In this document: positions 29,101-36,090 of the stretch, in pieces | Layout: the number at the start of each line of letters is the position of its first letter | Position numbering within the stretch: position 1 is the first letter of the stretch | DNA from: Clostridia bacterium | Lineage (GTDB): Bacteria; Bacillota; Clostridia; Oscillospirales; CAG-272 | Length of the DNA stretch: 59,906 bases | Assembly (NCBI GenBank): GCA_017454465.1 | Contig: JAFTCY010000127.1 | Span: 1 to 59,906 of the forward strand | Direction: 5' to 3' | The notes under the pieces: model-generated | Told to the model about the DNA's origin: nothing | Database searches by the model: none | Seen by the model: the letters and a program-made list of their open reading frames with translations, nothing else | Translations under genes and position numbers: made by a program

Positions 29101-29177
29101 ACTCGTTTGACGTGATCGTCGAATATGAAGGCACGTCCTATACGGTGCCTTCACTCGGATTCTTAAGAATAGATTAG
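26169..29177 (+). CDS. Large secreted protein with a TIM-barrel glycosidase-like central region (resembles proteins annotated DUF5696)
   Basis: Signal peptide MKFKKILSAFLTLVMICGIFTWLPTGVSAAYA. The central part (IGFKLTGYANGG...DIGIYPDFDFAYAQ...SSLGTDLSSDFD) has alternating beta/alpha character. The start is set at ATG 26169 after GAGGAGG. Confidence 0.45.
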   Translation: MKFKKILSAFLTLVMICGIFTWLPTGVSAAYADKVDEDGNPLINYMTRYYENADDKLTDMVLVREAYGYELWYEEFTGEIAVRVKSTGQTYFSNPYDVAYNDYFMATKTKQQLLSQLIITYLDNGVEKTMNSYVEAALRNQIVMKPIKNGIRVEYTIGEEAVTRLVPRVIEKSRFESLILSNITNDWDRNKLISYYDYKDSNDPTLTEKMVALMQAAFPITQQMAVYVCSDTIVARELKEAENIVKKYCPEYTYEELEYDHELTGYVGSDAAPPRFRMAIEYTLNENGLEARLPANGLQFDESVYQFKTVTMLPYFGAGSNLFTGYTMIPDGSGAIIRFEDFINQSINIAGQLYGPDYAYHEITGQHSEVMRTPVYGVVTNVGEYSDPQTDLPEIPKHSDGFLAIISEGDSLATLMATCGGAVHPYSTVYPSFTPRPSDQYNLADSISVSGNATWTVTSKRKYTESYKIQYIFLTDEKLAEKNGVKDYYTADWVGMATAYRDYLTARGDLVKMNDTKEDIPLYIETFGATKTTDRVLSFPVEKDLALTSFEDIKTMYLDLKEQGISNIGFKLTGYANGGLVSGIPYNLSWADVTGGADGFRDLVQYAKDNDIGIYPDFDFAYAQKDSLFDGFTLKSHAIRTIDDRYTTKREYNAALQLFTQTFKVAISPSVYSYMYDAFGPKYAEYGNKAISVSSLGTDLSSDFDEDEPYHREDSKGFTSDLLEKMKEDGMSIMVSGGNAYTVKYADVILDASLTSSKYTKASESIPFTGLVYHGSKVFTGQAINMQGDINEGILNAIENGATIYFLLSYKNTSVLKEDTMMSRYYSVDYGIWKDDIDEYYNILNDATKDLQSSYIIGHEFLEAERIPDEEEIAFAKSEKEREFYVDLNNRITKLEENLRTERRKARIAVQEAGGVWDPSTFTSTIPEQIEELKKEKPNLDDFALIKEGEINELYATQRGSVVAVKYEGDVSFILNYNSFDVIVEYEGTSYTVPSLGFLRID

Positions 29178-29193
29178 GAAAGGAGGGTCATTC

Positions 29194-30198
29194 ATGAATC
29201 TCAATATTGACGCAGGAAAAAAGGGCGCCAAGAAACAGAAACTTGTCATTGACGCTCCTAAGAAAAAAAGAAGAAGCGGAAAATCGCTCGAGGCAAAGAA
29301 AGCCAGAGCGGGATGGCTGTTCGTGATGCCGTTCGTTATAGGCTTCGTTCTCATTTATCTTCCTATTATATTCGACTCGGTCAGATTCAGTTTCAATGAG
29401 ATGAGACTGGTCATAGGCGGCGGATACCAGCTTAATTTTGTAGGATTCCAGAACTACAGAAACGCGTTGTTTGTGGATGCCTCATTCGTGACGACGCTGG
29501 TATCAGGTATCAGACAGCTTGTTCTTGACATACCTTCCATCGTCATATTCTCGCTGTTCGTGGCGATCATTCTCAACCAGAAGATCGCAGGACGCGCGGC
29601 GTTCAGGGCAATATTCTTTATCCCCGTCATTCTGACCACAGGATTGATCGCTGACATCGATTCCAGCAACATCCTTTCCTCATATATGGACAGTTCGACA
29701 GGTATCGATGACGGTTCCGGACAGGCATCTACAGCAGCGGAGATCGTATCGGCGATCGATATCAGGCAGTTGTTCTCAAATATGATGATCGGAAACGAGA
29801 TCGTCGATTATGTTGTGGGACTTGTAAACAACATCTTCAACATAGTCAACAGATGCGGTGTTCAGATGCTCATATTCCTGTCGGGACTTCAGTCCATTTC
29901 TCCCGCGATTTATGAGTCTTGTTCCATCGACGGAGCATCAGGCTGGGAGACATTCTGGAAGATCACACTTCCCATGGTCAGCCCGATGATACTCGTAAAT
30001 ACGATATATACGATAATCGACTCCTTCACTTCGAGCGACAACAGAGTGATGTCGTATATAGCGGCGGTGACTGAGAGATCCGGAGGCGACGTGCTTGCCT
30101 CAGCAATGTACTGGATGTACTTCCTGATAGTGATACTCATTATAGCGATAGTTGCCGGATTGCTTAGCGCATTCGTCTTCTATCAGAGAAAAGACTGA
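29194..30198 (+). CDS. Carbohydrate ABC transporter permease (MalF-like), second pair
   Basis: Basic N-terminus, TM helices, and EAA loop IYESCSIDGASGWETFWKITLPMVSP. AAAGGAGGG RBS. Confidence 0.85.
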   Translation: MNLNIDAGKKGAKKQKLVIDAPKKKRRSGKSLEAKKARAGWLFVMPFVIGFVLIYLPIIFDSVRFSFNEMRLVIGGGYQLNFVGFQNYRNALFVDASFVTTLVSGIRQLVLDIPSIVIFSLFVAIILNQKIAGRAAFRAIFFIPVILTTGLIADIDSSNILSSYMDSSTGIDDGSGQASTAAEIVSAIDIRQLFSNMMIGNEIVDYVVGLVNNIFNIVNRCGVQMLIFLSGLQSISPAIYESCSIDGASGWETFWKITLPMVSPMILVNTIYTIIDSFTSSDNRVMSYIAAVTERSGGDVLASAMYWMYFLIVILIIAIVAGLLSAFVFYQRKD

Positions 30199-30215
30199 GA
30201 AGGGAGGTAGGATAG

Positions 30216-31238
30216 ATGAACAACGTTCAGACTGAGACAAAAGTAAGGCGAGAGAGCAAAAACAGGATCAAAGTGGATTTTGAAAGAACTCCTCTCCTGC
30301 AAAGGCTCAAGGCCAAGTTCCTGAACCTGTATACACTTAAGAAAGTGGTTTGGTATTTGTTCAGATTTCTGCTCCTGCTCGGGATATCGTATATCATCCT
30401 GTTCCCGTTCTTCTCCAAGATCTCGTCTTCGTTCATGACGAAAGAGGACCTTGTGGACGTGACAGTGCGTCTTATCCCGAAGCATCCGACTCTGTCGACG
30501 TACAAAGCTATAATCACCGACAACAATTACTTTGTGGCACTGGGGAATACGTTTATCTTGTCCTTCCTGTGCGGGGTGATGCAGACATTCGTTTGCTGCT
30601 TCATCGCATACGGCTTCGCAAAATTCAAGTTCAAGGGGAATAAACTGCTGTTCCTGCTCGTGATCTTCACGATGGTAGTGCCGCACGCAACGCTGTCGCT
30701 GTCCATAGCCACGAAGTTTAAATTCTTCGATATTTTCGGAATAATCCAGCTGATAACAGGCAGTCCGATCAATATGCTGAATACGAACTGGCCGCTGTAT
30801 ATCCTGTCACTGACAGGCCTGGCGTATAAGAACGGTTTGTATATCTTCATGCTGAGGCAGTTCTTCAGAGGGATCCCGGATGAACTTGAGGAATCAGCGT
30901 ATCTTGATGGATCCGGCATATTCAAAACATTCTTCAAGATTATACTGCCCTTGTCAGGCACTATGCTGATCACCGTGTTCATGTTTGCCTTCTGCTGGCA
31001 ATGGACAGACAACTTCTACACGGATATGTTCTACTCGATCACAGGTCCGACACTGCTGCCGGATATCATTAAGGTACCGAGATCGCTGGATACCAACTAT
31101 GCGGGCTCAGCGCTCTACACGGCAGCGATCAAGAACGCCTGCGGCATGCTGATCATAACTCCCCTTATTATCCTCTACCTGTTCGGTCAGAGATATATTG
31201 TACAGGGTATTGAAAGATCCGGCCTTACCGCAGACTGA
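30216..31238 (+). CDS. Carbohydrate ABC transporter permease (MalG-like), second pair
   Basis: EAA loop ELEESAYLDGSGIFKTFFKIILPLSG. GGGAGG RBS. Confidence 0.85.
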   Translation: MNNVQTETKVRRESKNRIKVDFERTPLLQRLKAKFLNLYTLKKVVWYLFRFLLLLGISYIILFPFFSKISSSFMTKEDLVDVTVRLIPKHPTLSTYKAIITDNNYFVALGNTFILSFLCGVMQTFVCCFIAYGFAKFKFKGNKLLFLLVIFTMVVPHATLSLSIATKFKFFDIFGIIQLITGSPINMLNTNWPLYILSLTGLAYKNGLYIFMLRQFFRGIPDELEESAYLDGSGIFKTFFKIILPLSGTMLITVFMFAFCWQWTDNFYTDMFYSITGPTLLPDIIKVPRSLDTNYAGSALYTAAIKNACGMLIITPLIILYLFGQRYIVQGIERSGLTAD

Positions 31239-31257
31239 TAAACCAAAACAGAAAAGA

Positions 31258-31296
31258 CTGCATCAACGCTTTTTGAAGGCGCGGATGCAGTTTTTT
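31258..31296 (+). terminator. Intrinsic terminator ending the uptake locus
   Basis: CTGCATC-(19 nt with an inner CGC/GCG pairing)-GATGCAG followed by TTTTTT. Confidence 0.6.
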
Positions 31297-31381
31297 GATG
31301 CGCTCGGCAAAGGCTGGTACTTCGGATGATGCTCGCCTCGGAATGATCGCCGGCGCATAACAGGCCAAAACTGCAATAGAA

Positions 31382-31432
31382 AGACCCGCACGGATGGGAT
31401 AATCGATATCCTTACATATGCGGGTCTTTTTT
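31382..31432. terminator. Second hairpin plus T-run in the convergent intergenic region
   Basis: AGACCCGCA-(28 nt)-TGCGGGTCT followed by TTTTTT on the + strand. The minus-strand reading has a weaker TTTCTATT tract after the ATPase gene. Confidence 0.5.
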
Positions 31433-31470
31433 GTCTGATTGACTGTTTGCCGGGTCTGGACAGCTTTTCG

Positions 31471-32256
31471 TCAGGAAAGAAGTATCCTGTCTGTGTTCAT
31501 TTCCTTGCCGGAGTTCTTATGGAACAGGACAAGCAGATCTGAAACGGTAAGCTTCTTCCTTTCCTCACCGCCGGTCTCATAGATGATCTTCCCGGCGTCC
31601 ATCATTATTGTCCGGTTTCCTAGATCGAGGGCGGTCTGCATATTGTGGGTCACCATAAGACAGGTGATGTTGTTTTCACGTACGATAGTTTCGGTTATTT
31701 CGAGAACTTTTTCTGCAGTGGCGGGATCCAGTGCCGCTGTGTGCTCGTCAAGGAGCAAAAGCTTCGGTGTGGTGAATGTGGCCATGAGCAGAGTCACTGC
31801 CTGACGCTGTCCGCCTGACAGAAGTCCCACGGGCATATTCATTCTGTCCTCCAGACCCATACCGAGCATTGAGAGCCTTTCCCTGAAGTCCTGAACGTCC
31901 TTCTTTGTTACTCTGGACATCCACCCTCCTCTTCCGGAAGCAAGGGAGAGATTTTCAGTTATGCTCATTGCGGGAGCAGTGCCGAGCTGAGGATCCTGGA
32001 AAAGCCTTCCTATCACTTTTGCTCTTTTATGATCAGGTTGCAGTGTGATATCTTCGCCGTCGAGTATGATCGAACCTTCGTCTGTGAAAAAGCTTCCTGC
32101 TATTGCACCGAACAGGGTGCTTTTCCCGGCTCCGTTTGCGCCGATAATGGAAACGAAATCACCTTTATCCAGATGAAGGGATACATGGGAAAGAGCAGTT
32201 TTTGCGTTTACTGTACCAGGGTTGAAGGTCTTTGAAATGTTGTTGATCTTAAGCAT
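31471..32256 (-). CDS. ABC transporter ATP-binding protein (COG1101-type, partner of the COG2984 SBP)
   Basis: Walker A GANGAGKST, signature LSGGQRQ, Walker B LLLLDEHTAALD. The start is set at ATG 32256 after GGAGGTGGGAG, overlapping the permease stop by 8 nt. Confidence 0.85.
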   Translation of the reverse strand: MLKINNISKTFNPGTVNAKTALSHVSLHLDKGDFVSIIGANGAGKSTLFGAIAGSFFTDEGSIILDGEDITLQPDHKRAKVIGRLFQDPQLGTAPAMSITENLSLASGRGGWMSRVTKKDVQDFRERLSMLGMGLEDRMNMPVGLLSGGQRQAVTLLMATFTTPKLLLLDEHTAALDPATAEKVLEITETIVRENNITCLMVTHNMQTALDLGNRTIMMDAGKIIYETGGEERKKLTVSDLLVLFHKNSGKEMNTDRILLS

Positions 32257-33220
32257 TGCTCCCACCTCCGTCATTGGCCGGGACTTCCGGCGTGCCGTTC
32301 CTGCGGGCTTTGAAACGCCTTACCAGGTCAGGCCGCTTGGAGTTGAGATACGGAGTGGCAATGGCAAGGATCACTATTACAGCAGATACGAGTTTGAGCA
32401 TGTAAGCAGGCATATTGAATCTGAGAGCTATGGCGTATACCAGCTGGAAGATGATCGCTCCCAGTACCGCGCCGATGGCACGGAACGGTATCTTTCTTCT
32501 TGCGCTTATAAATATCCCGCCTATAAGCAGTGACGCGAGAGCTATGGTCACGCGCCCGGAACCTATATCAGAACTGACTGATTTCTGGCATTGCGCCAGA
32601 AGACAGCCTGACAGTGCGGTGAGGGACCCCGATATGCACAGTCCGACAGTAGTGGTAAAGGCCGGATTTATTGAGCTCGATCTTACCATTGCCGGATTGT
32701 TGCCGGTCGCACGGATCGCCAATCCCAGCCTGGTCCTGAGGAACAGGGAGAGAAAGACGATGACGAGAGTTACGGCTACAAGAGCACCCAGGGTTTTGTA
32801 AAGACCCGCAAAAGGTGTTTTGTCGAGCAGCATCTTGAATGGCGTGAAGTATGTGTCCGTGTTATTCATATTAAGAGTCGGACGCCCGCCCATTATGAGC
32901 ATTATTATCGAGTAAAGGCCTGTATTGACTATGATTCCGGACAGCAGGCTGTTGATGCCCATTTTTGTCTGGAGAAAGGCGGTCACAAATCCTGACAGAA
33001 CACCGGCCAGCATGGCTGCGAGTATGGACAGTAACGGATTGCCCGAGGAAATGGCGACCATGGCGCCGACGGCTGCGCCAAGAGCGAAGCAGCCGTCGGT
33101 AGAAAGGTCACATATATTAAGCATTGAGTAGCTGAGGAACAGGGCAAGAACAGTGATCGAACTTATAAGGCCCAGTTCTGCAGCAGTCTGGAAGATTCCG
33201 ACAAATGGCGGAAGAGGCAT
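32249..33220 (-). CDS. ABC transporter permease (COG4120-type)
   Basis: Polytopic hydrophobic protein in operon position between the SBP and the ATPase. GGGAGA RBS. Confidence 0.8.
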   Translation of the reverse strand: MPLPPFVGIFQTAAELGLISSITVLALFLSYSMLNICDLSTDGCFALGAAVGAMVAISSGNPLLSILAAMLAGVLSGFVTAFLQTKMGINSLLSGIIVNTGLYSIIMLIMGGRPTLNMNNTDTYFTPFKMLLDKTPFAGLYKTLGALVAVTLVIVFLSLFLRTRLGLAIRATGNNPAMVRSSSINPAFTTTVGLCISGSLTALSGCLLAQCQKSVSSDIGSGRVTIALASLLIGGIFISARRKIPFRAIGAVLGAIIFQLVYAIALRFNMPAYMLKLVSAVIVILAIATPYLNSKRPDLVRRFKARRNGTPEVPANDGGGSNA

Positions 33221-33251
33221 TTCTAATTCTCCCTGAACGTATTGTTATGTA

Positions 33252-34286
33252 TTAGTTATTGAGATCGCCGAAGCTTTCAGCTGTCGTTATAGGCTGTACC
33301 TTGGTGCAGAAAGGAGCGAAGATTGCAGCGACTTCGTCGAACTTGAGCCCGAGAGCTTCACAGATTTCCGTATTGACTGTTGCGGTGCCGTTGTCAAACG
33401 TTTTGACTGCGAGCGAGTCGGTGGCCTTGCCGTCAAGCAGGATCTCCGCGATCATATTGGCAGTTTCAACACCGAGGTTGGCATAATCGACACCGTAACC
33501 GAGGAACGCACCGTTCAGAGCGAAGCTGTCCGCGCCGGTGTAGTGCGGGATCTTTGCGTTGGCAAATGTTTCATAGATCGCTAGTTCTGACTTCATGACA
33601 GTATTGTCGGTGGGGGTGAATACCGCTTCAACACCGTCTGCTACGAGAGCCTGGGCTGCAAGCATGATCTCGTCTACGGTAGTTCCTGTCCTCTCATAAT
33701 ATTTGATGCCCTTTGAATCCAGGAATGATTTTGCCGCTGCGATAGGAGTGGCTGAACTGTCCTCACCGACATTGTAGAGAAGGCCGACTGATTTGATCCC
33801 GGGGTTCAGTGCGAGGATGAGGTTCATAACAGCGTTAGTGTCAAGGTAATCGGAGGTGCCGGTCAGATTGTGGCCGGGTTTTTCAAGGCTGTCAACGAGT
33901 CCTGCTGACAGGGGGTCCGAAACCGCAGCGAACACCACGGGGATCTTGCTGTCTTCAGTAGCTGACTGCATAGCCATTGCTACGGGGGTTGCGACGCCTA
34001 CCATGAGATCCACACCGCTGACCGTGAAGTCCGCGATTATCTGATTGAGGACGGCTGCATCCATGTTGCAGTTGTCGACTTTAACATTGATCTTTACGTT
34101 CCTGGCGGTCTCGATCTCCTTTAGCCTGTTCTGGATGTTTTCTATGATCTGGTTCAGAGACGCGTCATCAACGAAGTTGCAGATACCTACTGAGTACGAT
34201 TTGGTTTCACTGGGAGTGTTCGTGTTGCAAGCAACGATGCAGAGTGCCATTACAGCGACAAGTACGAGTGCGATGATCCTTTTCAT
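33252..34286 (-). CDS. ABC transporter substrate-binding lipoprotein (ABC_sub_bind / COG2984 family), probable tryptophan-related uptake
   Basis: Lipoprotein signal MKRIIALVLVAVMALCIVAC. The fold pattern fits the BMP/ABC_sub_bind family. It is preceded by a Trp T-box. The start is set at ATG 34286 (AGAGAGG RBS). Confidence 0.75.
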   Translation of the reverse strand: MKRIIALVLVAVMALCIVACNTNTPSETKSYSVGICNFVDDASLNQIIENIQNRLKEIETARNVKINVKVDNCNMDAAVLNQIIADFTVSGVDLMVGVATPVAMAMQSATEDSKIPVVFAAVSDPLSAGLVDSLEKPGHNLTGTSDYLDTNAVMNLILALNPGIKSVGLLYNVGEDSSATPIAAAKSFLDSKGIKYYERTGTTVDEIMLAAQALVADGVEAVFTPTDNTVMKSELAIYETFANAKIPHYTGADSFALNGAFLGYGVDYANLGVETANMIAEILLDGKATDSLAVKTFDNGTATVNTEICEALGLKFDEVAAIFAPFCTKVQPITTAESFGDLNN

Positions 34287-34334
34287 TTTCAATACCTCTC
34301 TTTGATAAAATAGATTAGGTTGGCGGATCGAGGA

Positions 34335-34603
34335 CAAAACAAAAATCCTGTCCTCGCATAAATGCTGGGACAGGAATCAATCCTGCGGTGCCACCCGGCT
34401 TGACGTCTGAAACGTCCGCTCTGTGCGTACTAACATACGCCGGTCCTTGGTCACGGGGAACCACACCCGTCTCACATACTCGGCAGAAGCCTTTCTGATC
34501 GCCCTCAGAAGTCCATTCGCATCCGTTGATCACACTGCCCTCACACCGCCGGCAGCTCGCTTCGGTGATATTCCGGAGGTTACTTACTCTTCCTCACTGG
34601 TTT
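34335..34603 (-). promoter_or_regulatory. T-box riboswitch with Trp (UGG) specifier
   Basis: Read on the minus strand:
- K-turn: AGUGAGGAAG...CUUCUGAGG.
- S-turn: AGAGUA.
- AG bulge: AGCGAG.
- Distal loop: GGCGGUGUGAG.
- Specifier: GAA-UGG-A (UGG is + strand 34515-34513).
- T-box sequence: GGGUGGCACCGC (UGGC implies discriminator G73, as in tRNA-Trp).
- Terminator: UCCUGUCC...GGACAGGA plus U5 (34335-34375). Confidence 0.9.
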
Positions 34604-34609
34604 GCATGG

Positions 34610-34638
34610 ATTATAGCATCGGCCTTTTTTCTTGTCAA
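34610..34638 (-). promoter_or_regulatory. Consensus sigma-A promoter of the Trp T-box leader
   Basis: On the minus strand: TTGACA (34638-34633), a 17-nt spacer, then TATAAT (34615-34610). Confidence 0.7.
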
Positions 34639-34827
34639 TACAGGTTTTAAAATTTCGTGAGTAGGCAACAATAAGAATGATTCGGAAAAATAAGTAATTG
34701 TGGAATAGTTACATAAAAGCAGGGGAAAAACTGTCCAAAAACAACACAACACGGGACCGATATGGTATAATTGGACTGTGAAAGGGAATAAGATTTCCAG
34801 AATTCTATAGGTTAAGGGGAGAGGACC

Positions 34828-35997
34828 ATGGCAAGGATACAGATACCGCGCGAAGAATATGCACAGAGGGTAGCAAACGCAGCCGCAAAAGCCAGGGAGT
34901 GGGGACTTGACGTTCTGATCGTCAACGGAAGTGAAGCGGATTATGCAAATACCAGATACTTTTCCAATTTCTGGCCGCTCTTTGAGCGCTGCGGGGTCGC
35001 GATCGCCGCAAACGGAGACTGCGCACTGATGGTCGGGCCGGAAAGTCAGATATTTGCTGCCGATTTCGGCGTCATAGAGAAAATATTCATACTCCATGAA
35101 TACCGTGAAAGCGCAGATCCGGCCTATCCGGAGATCCGGTTCAACACTTTCAATGAAGTCTTAAAAGCTATAGGTGTCAGCGGGCAAAGGATACGTATCG
35201 GTGTTGCGGCATGGCTGGATACGAATGTAGTCGTTATGGAGGGCATCAGATCTGCTTTTCCTGAAGCGGAAATAGTCAGGGCCGACCAGATAATGGTAGA
35301 TCTCCGTTCAGTGAAATCTGACAACGAGATAGCCTGCTTAAGAGAGGCGGCCCATATTACCCATATCGCGACCCAGGAGGTTATAAAGGCTATCAGGCCC
35401 GGGATGACGGAACTGCAGCTTGTCGGTATCGCGCAGAAAACGATATATGAGCACGGGGCCGAGTATGAGGGGCTTCCGATGTACTGCTTCAGCCAGAAGA
35501 GCACGAAACACGCGATCTCAAGATCGTCATACAGGGAGATCCAGATAGGTGACATCGTTCAGCTCAACCTGTCAGCGAAGATATGCGGCTATTCACCCAG
35601 TATAGGAATGCCCGTTTCAGTGGGAAAACTGACCGGCGAGAAGAGGGATCTTGTGGAGTTCTGCCTCGAAGCCCATATGTGGACCGAAAGGCAGGTCAGA
35701 GCCGGAAGGGTCGCAATGGATATAGCAAGGGATTTCAAGAAGATGTTTGAGGACAGAGGGTATGGAAAAGCATACCTTTACGGCCCGTGCCACGGACTTG
35801 GTCTGATCGAAGTCGAGGCGCCCTGGATGGAAACGAATTCGGATTATGTCCTTCAGAAAAATATGACATTCCAGATAGACACTTTTGCAATGGGCAGTGA
35901 TTTCGGTCTCCGCTGGGAAAAACCGATCGCTGTTACCGGGACCGGCTGTGAGCGTCTGAGTCCCCAGATAGGGGATATCGTGGAACTCCCGTTCTAG
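34828..35997 (+). CDS. M24 family metallopeptidase (aminopeptidase P / Xaa-Pro dipeptidase-like)
   Basis: N-terminal creatinase-like domain (LDVLIVNGSEADYANTRYFSNFWP). The C-terminal pita-bread fold has metal ligands in GDIVQLNLSA...HGLGLIEVE. GGGGAGAGG RBS. Confidence 0.75.
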   Translation: MARIQIPREEYAQRVANAAAKAREWGLDVLIVNGSEADYANTRYFSNFWPLFERCGVAIAANGDCALMVGPESQIFAADFGVIEKIFILHEYRESADPAYPEIRFNTFNEVLKAIGVSGQRIRIGVAAWLDTNVVVMEGIRSAFPEAEIVRADQIMVDLRSVKSDNEIACLREAAHITHIATQEVIKAIRPGMTELQLVGIAQKTIYEHGAEYEGLPMYCFSQKSTKHAISRSSYREIQIGDIVQLNLSAKICGYSPSIGMPVSVGKLTGEKRDLVEFCLEAHMWTERQVRAGRVAMDIARDFKKMFEDRGYGKAYLYGPCHGLGLIEVEAPWMETNSDYVLQKNMTFQIDTFAMGSDFGLRWEKPIAVTGTGCERLSPQIGDIVELPF

Positions 35998-36035
35998 TCT
36001 TGATATCTAAGCATTATCTTCATATATGAAAGAAA

Positions 36036-36070
36036 GCCCTTGGCTTCACGGTTAATGTGATACCAAGGGC
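36036..36070. terminator. Bidirectional terminator between the M24 peptidase gene and infB
   Basis: GCCCTTGG-(19 nt with an inner TCAC/GTGA pairing)-CCAAGGGC, with T-rich tracts on both strands. Confidence 0.6.
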
Positions 36071-36090
36071 AGATTTTTGCTTTACCGGGA

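Noticed and set aside
31297-31432. A possible small RNA or gene remnant between the two plus-strand terminator-like hairpins
   Set aside because: I found no promoter, ORF or conserved RNA motif. The second hairpin can equally serve the convergent minus-strand ATPase gene. The evidence is too thin to call a feature.
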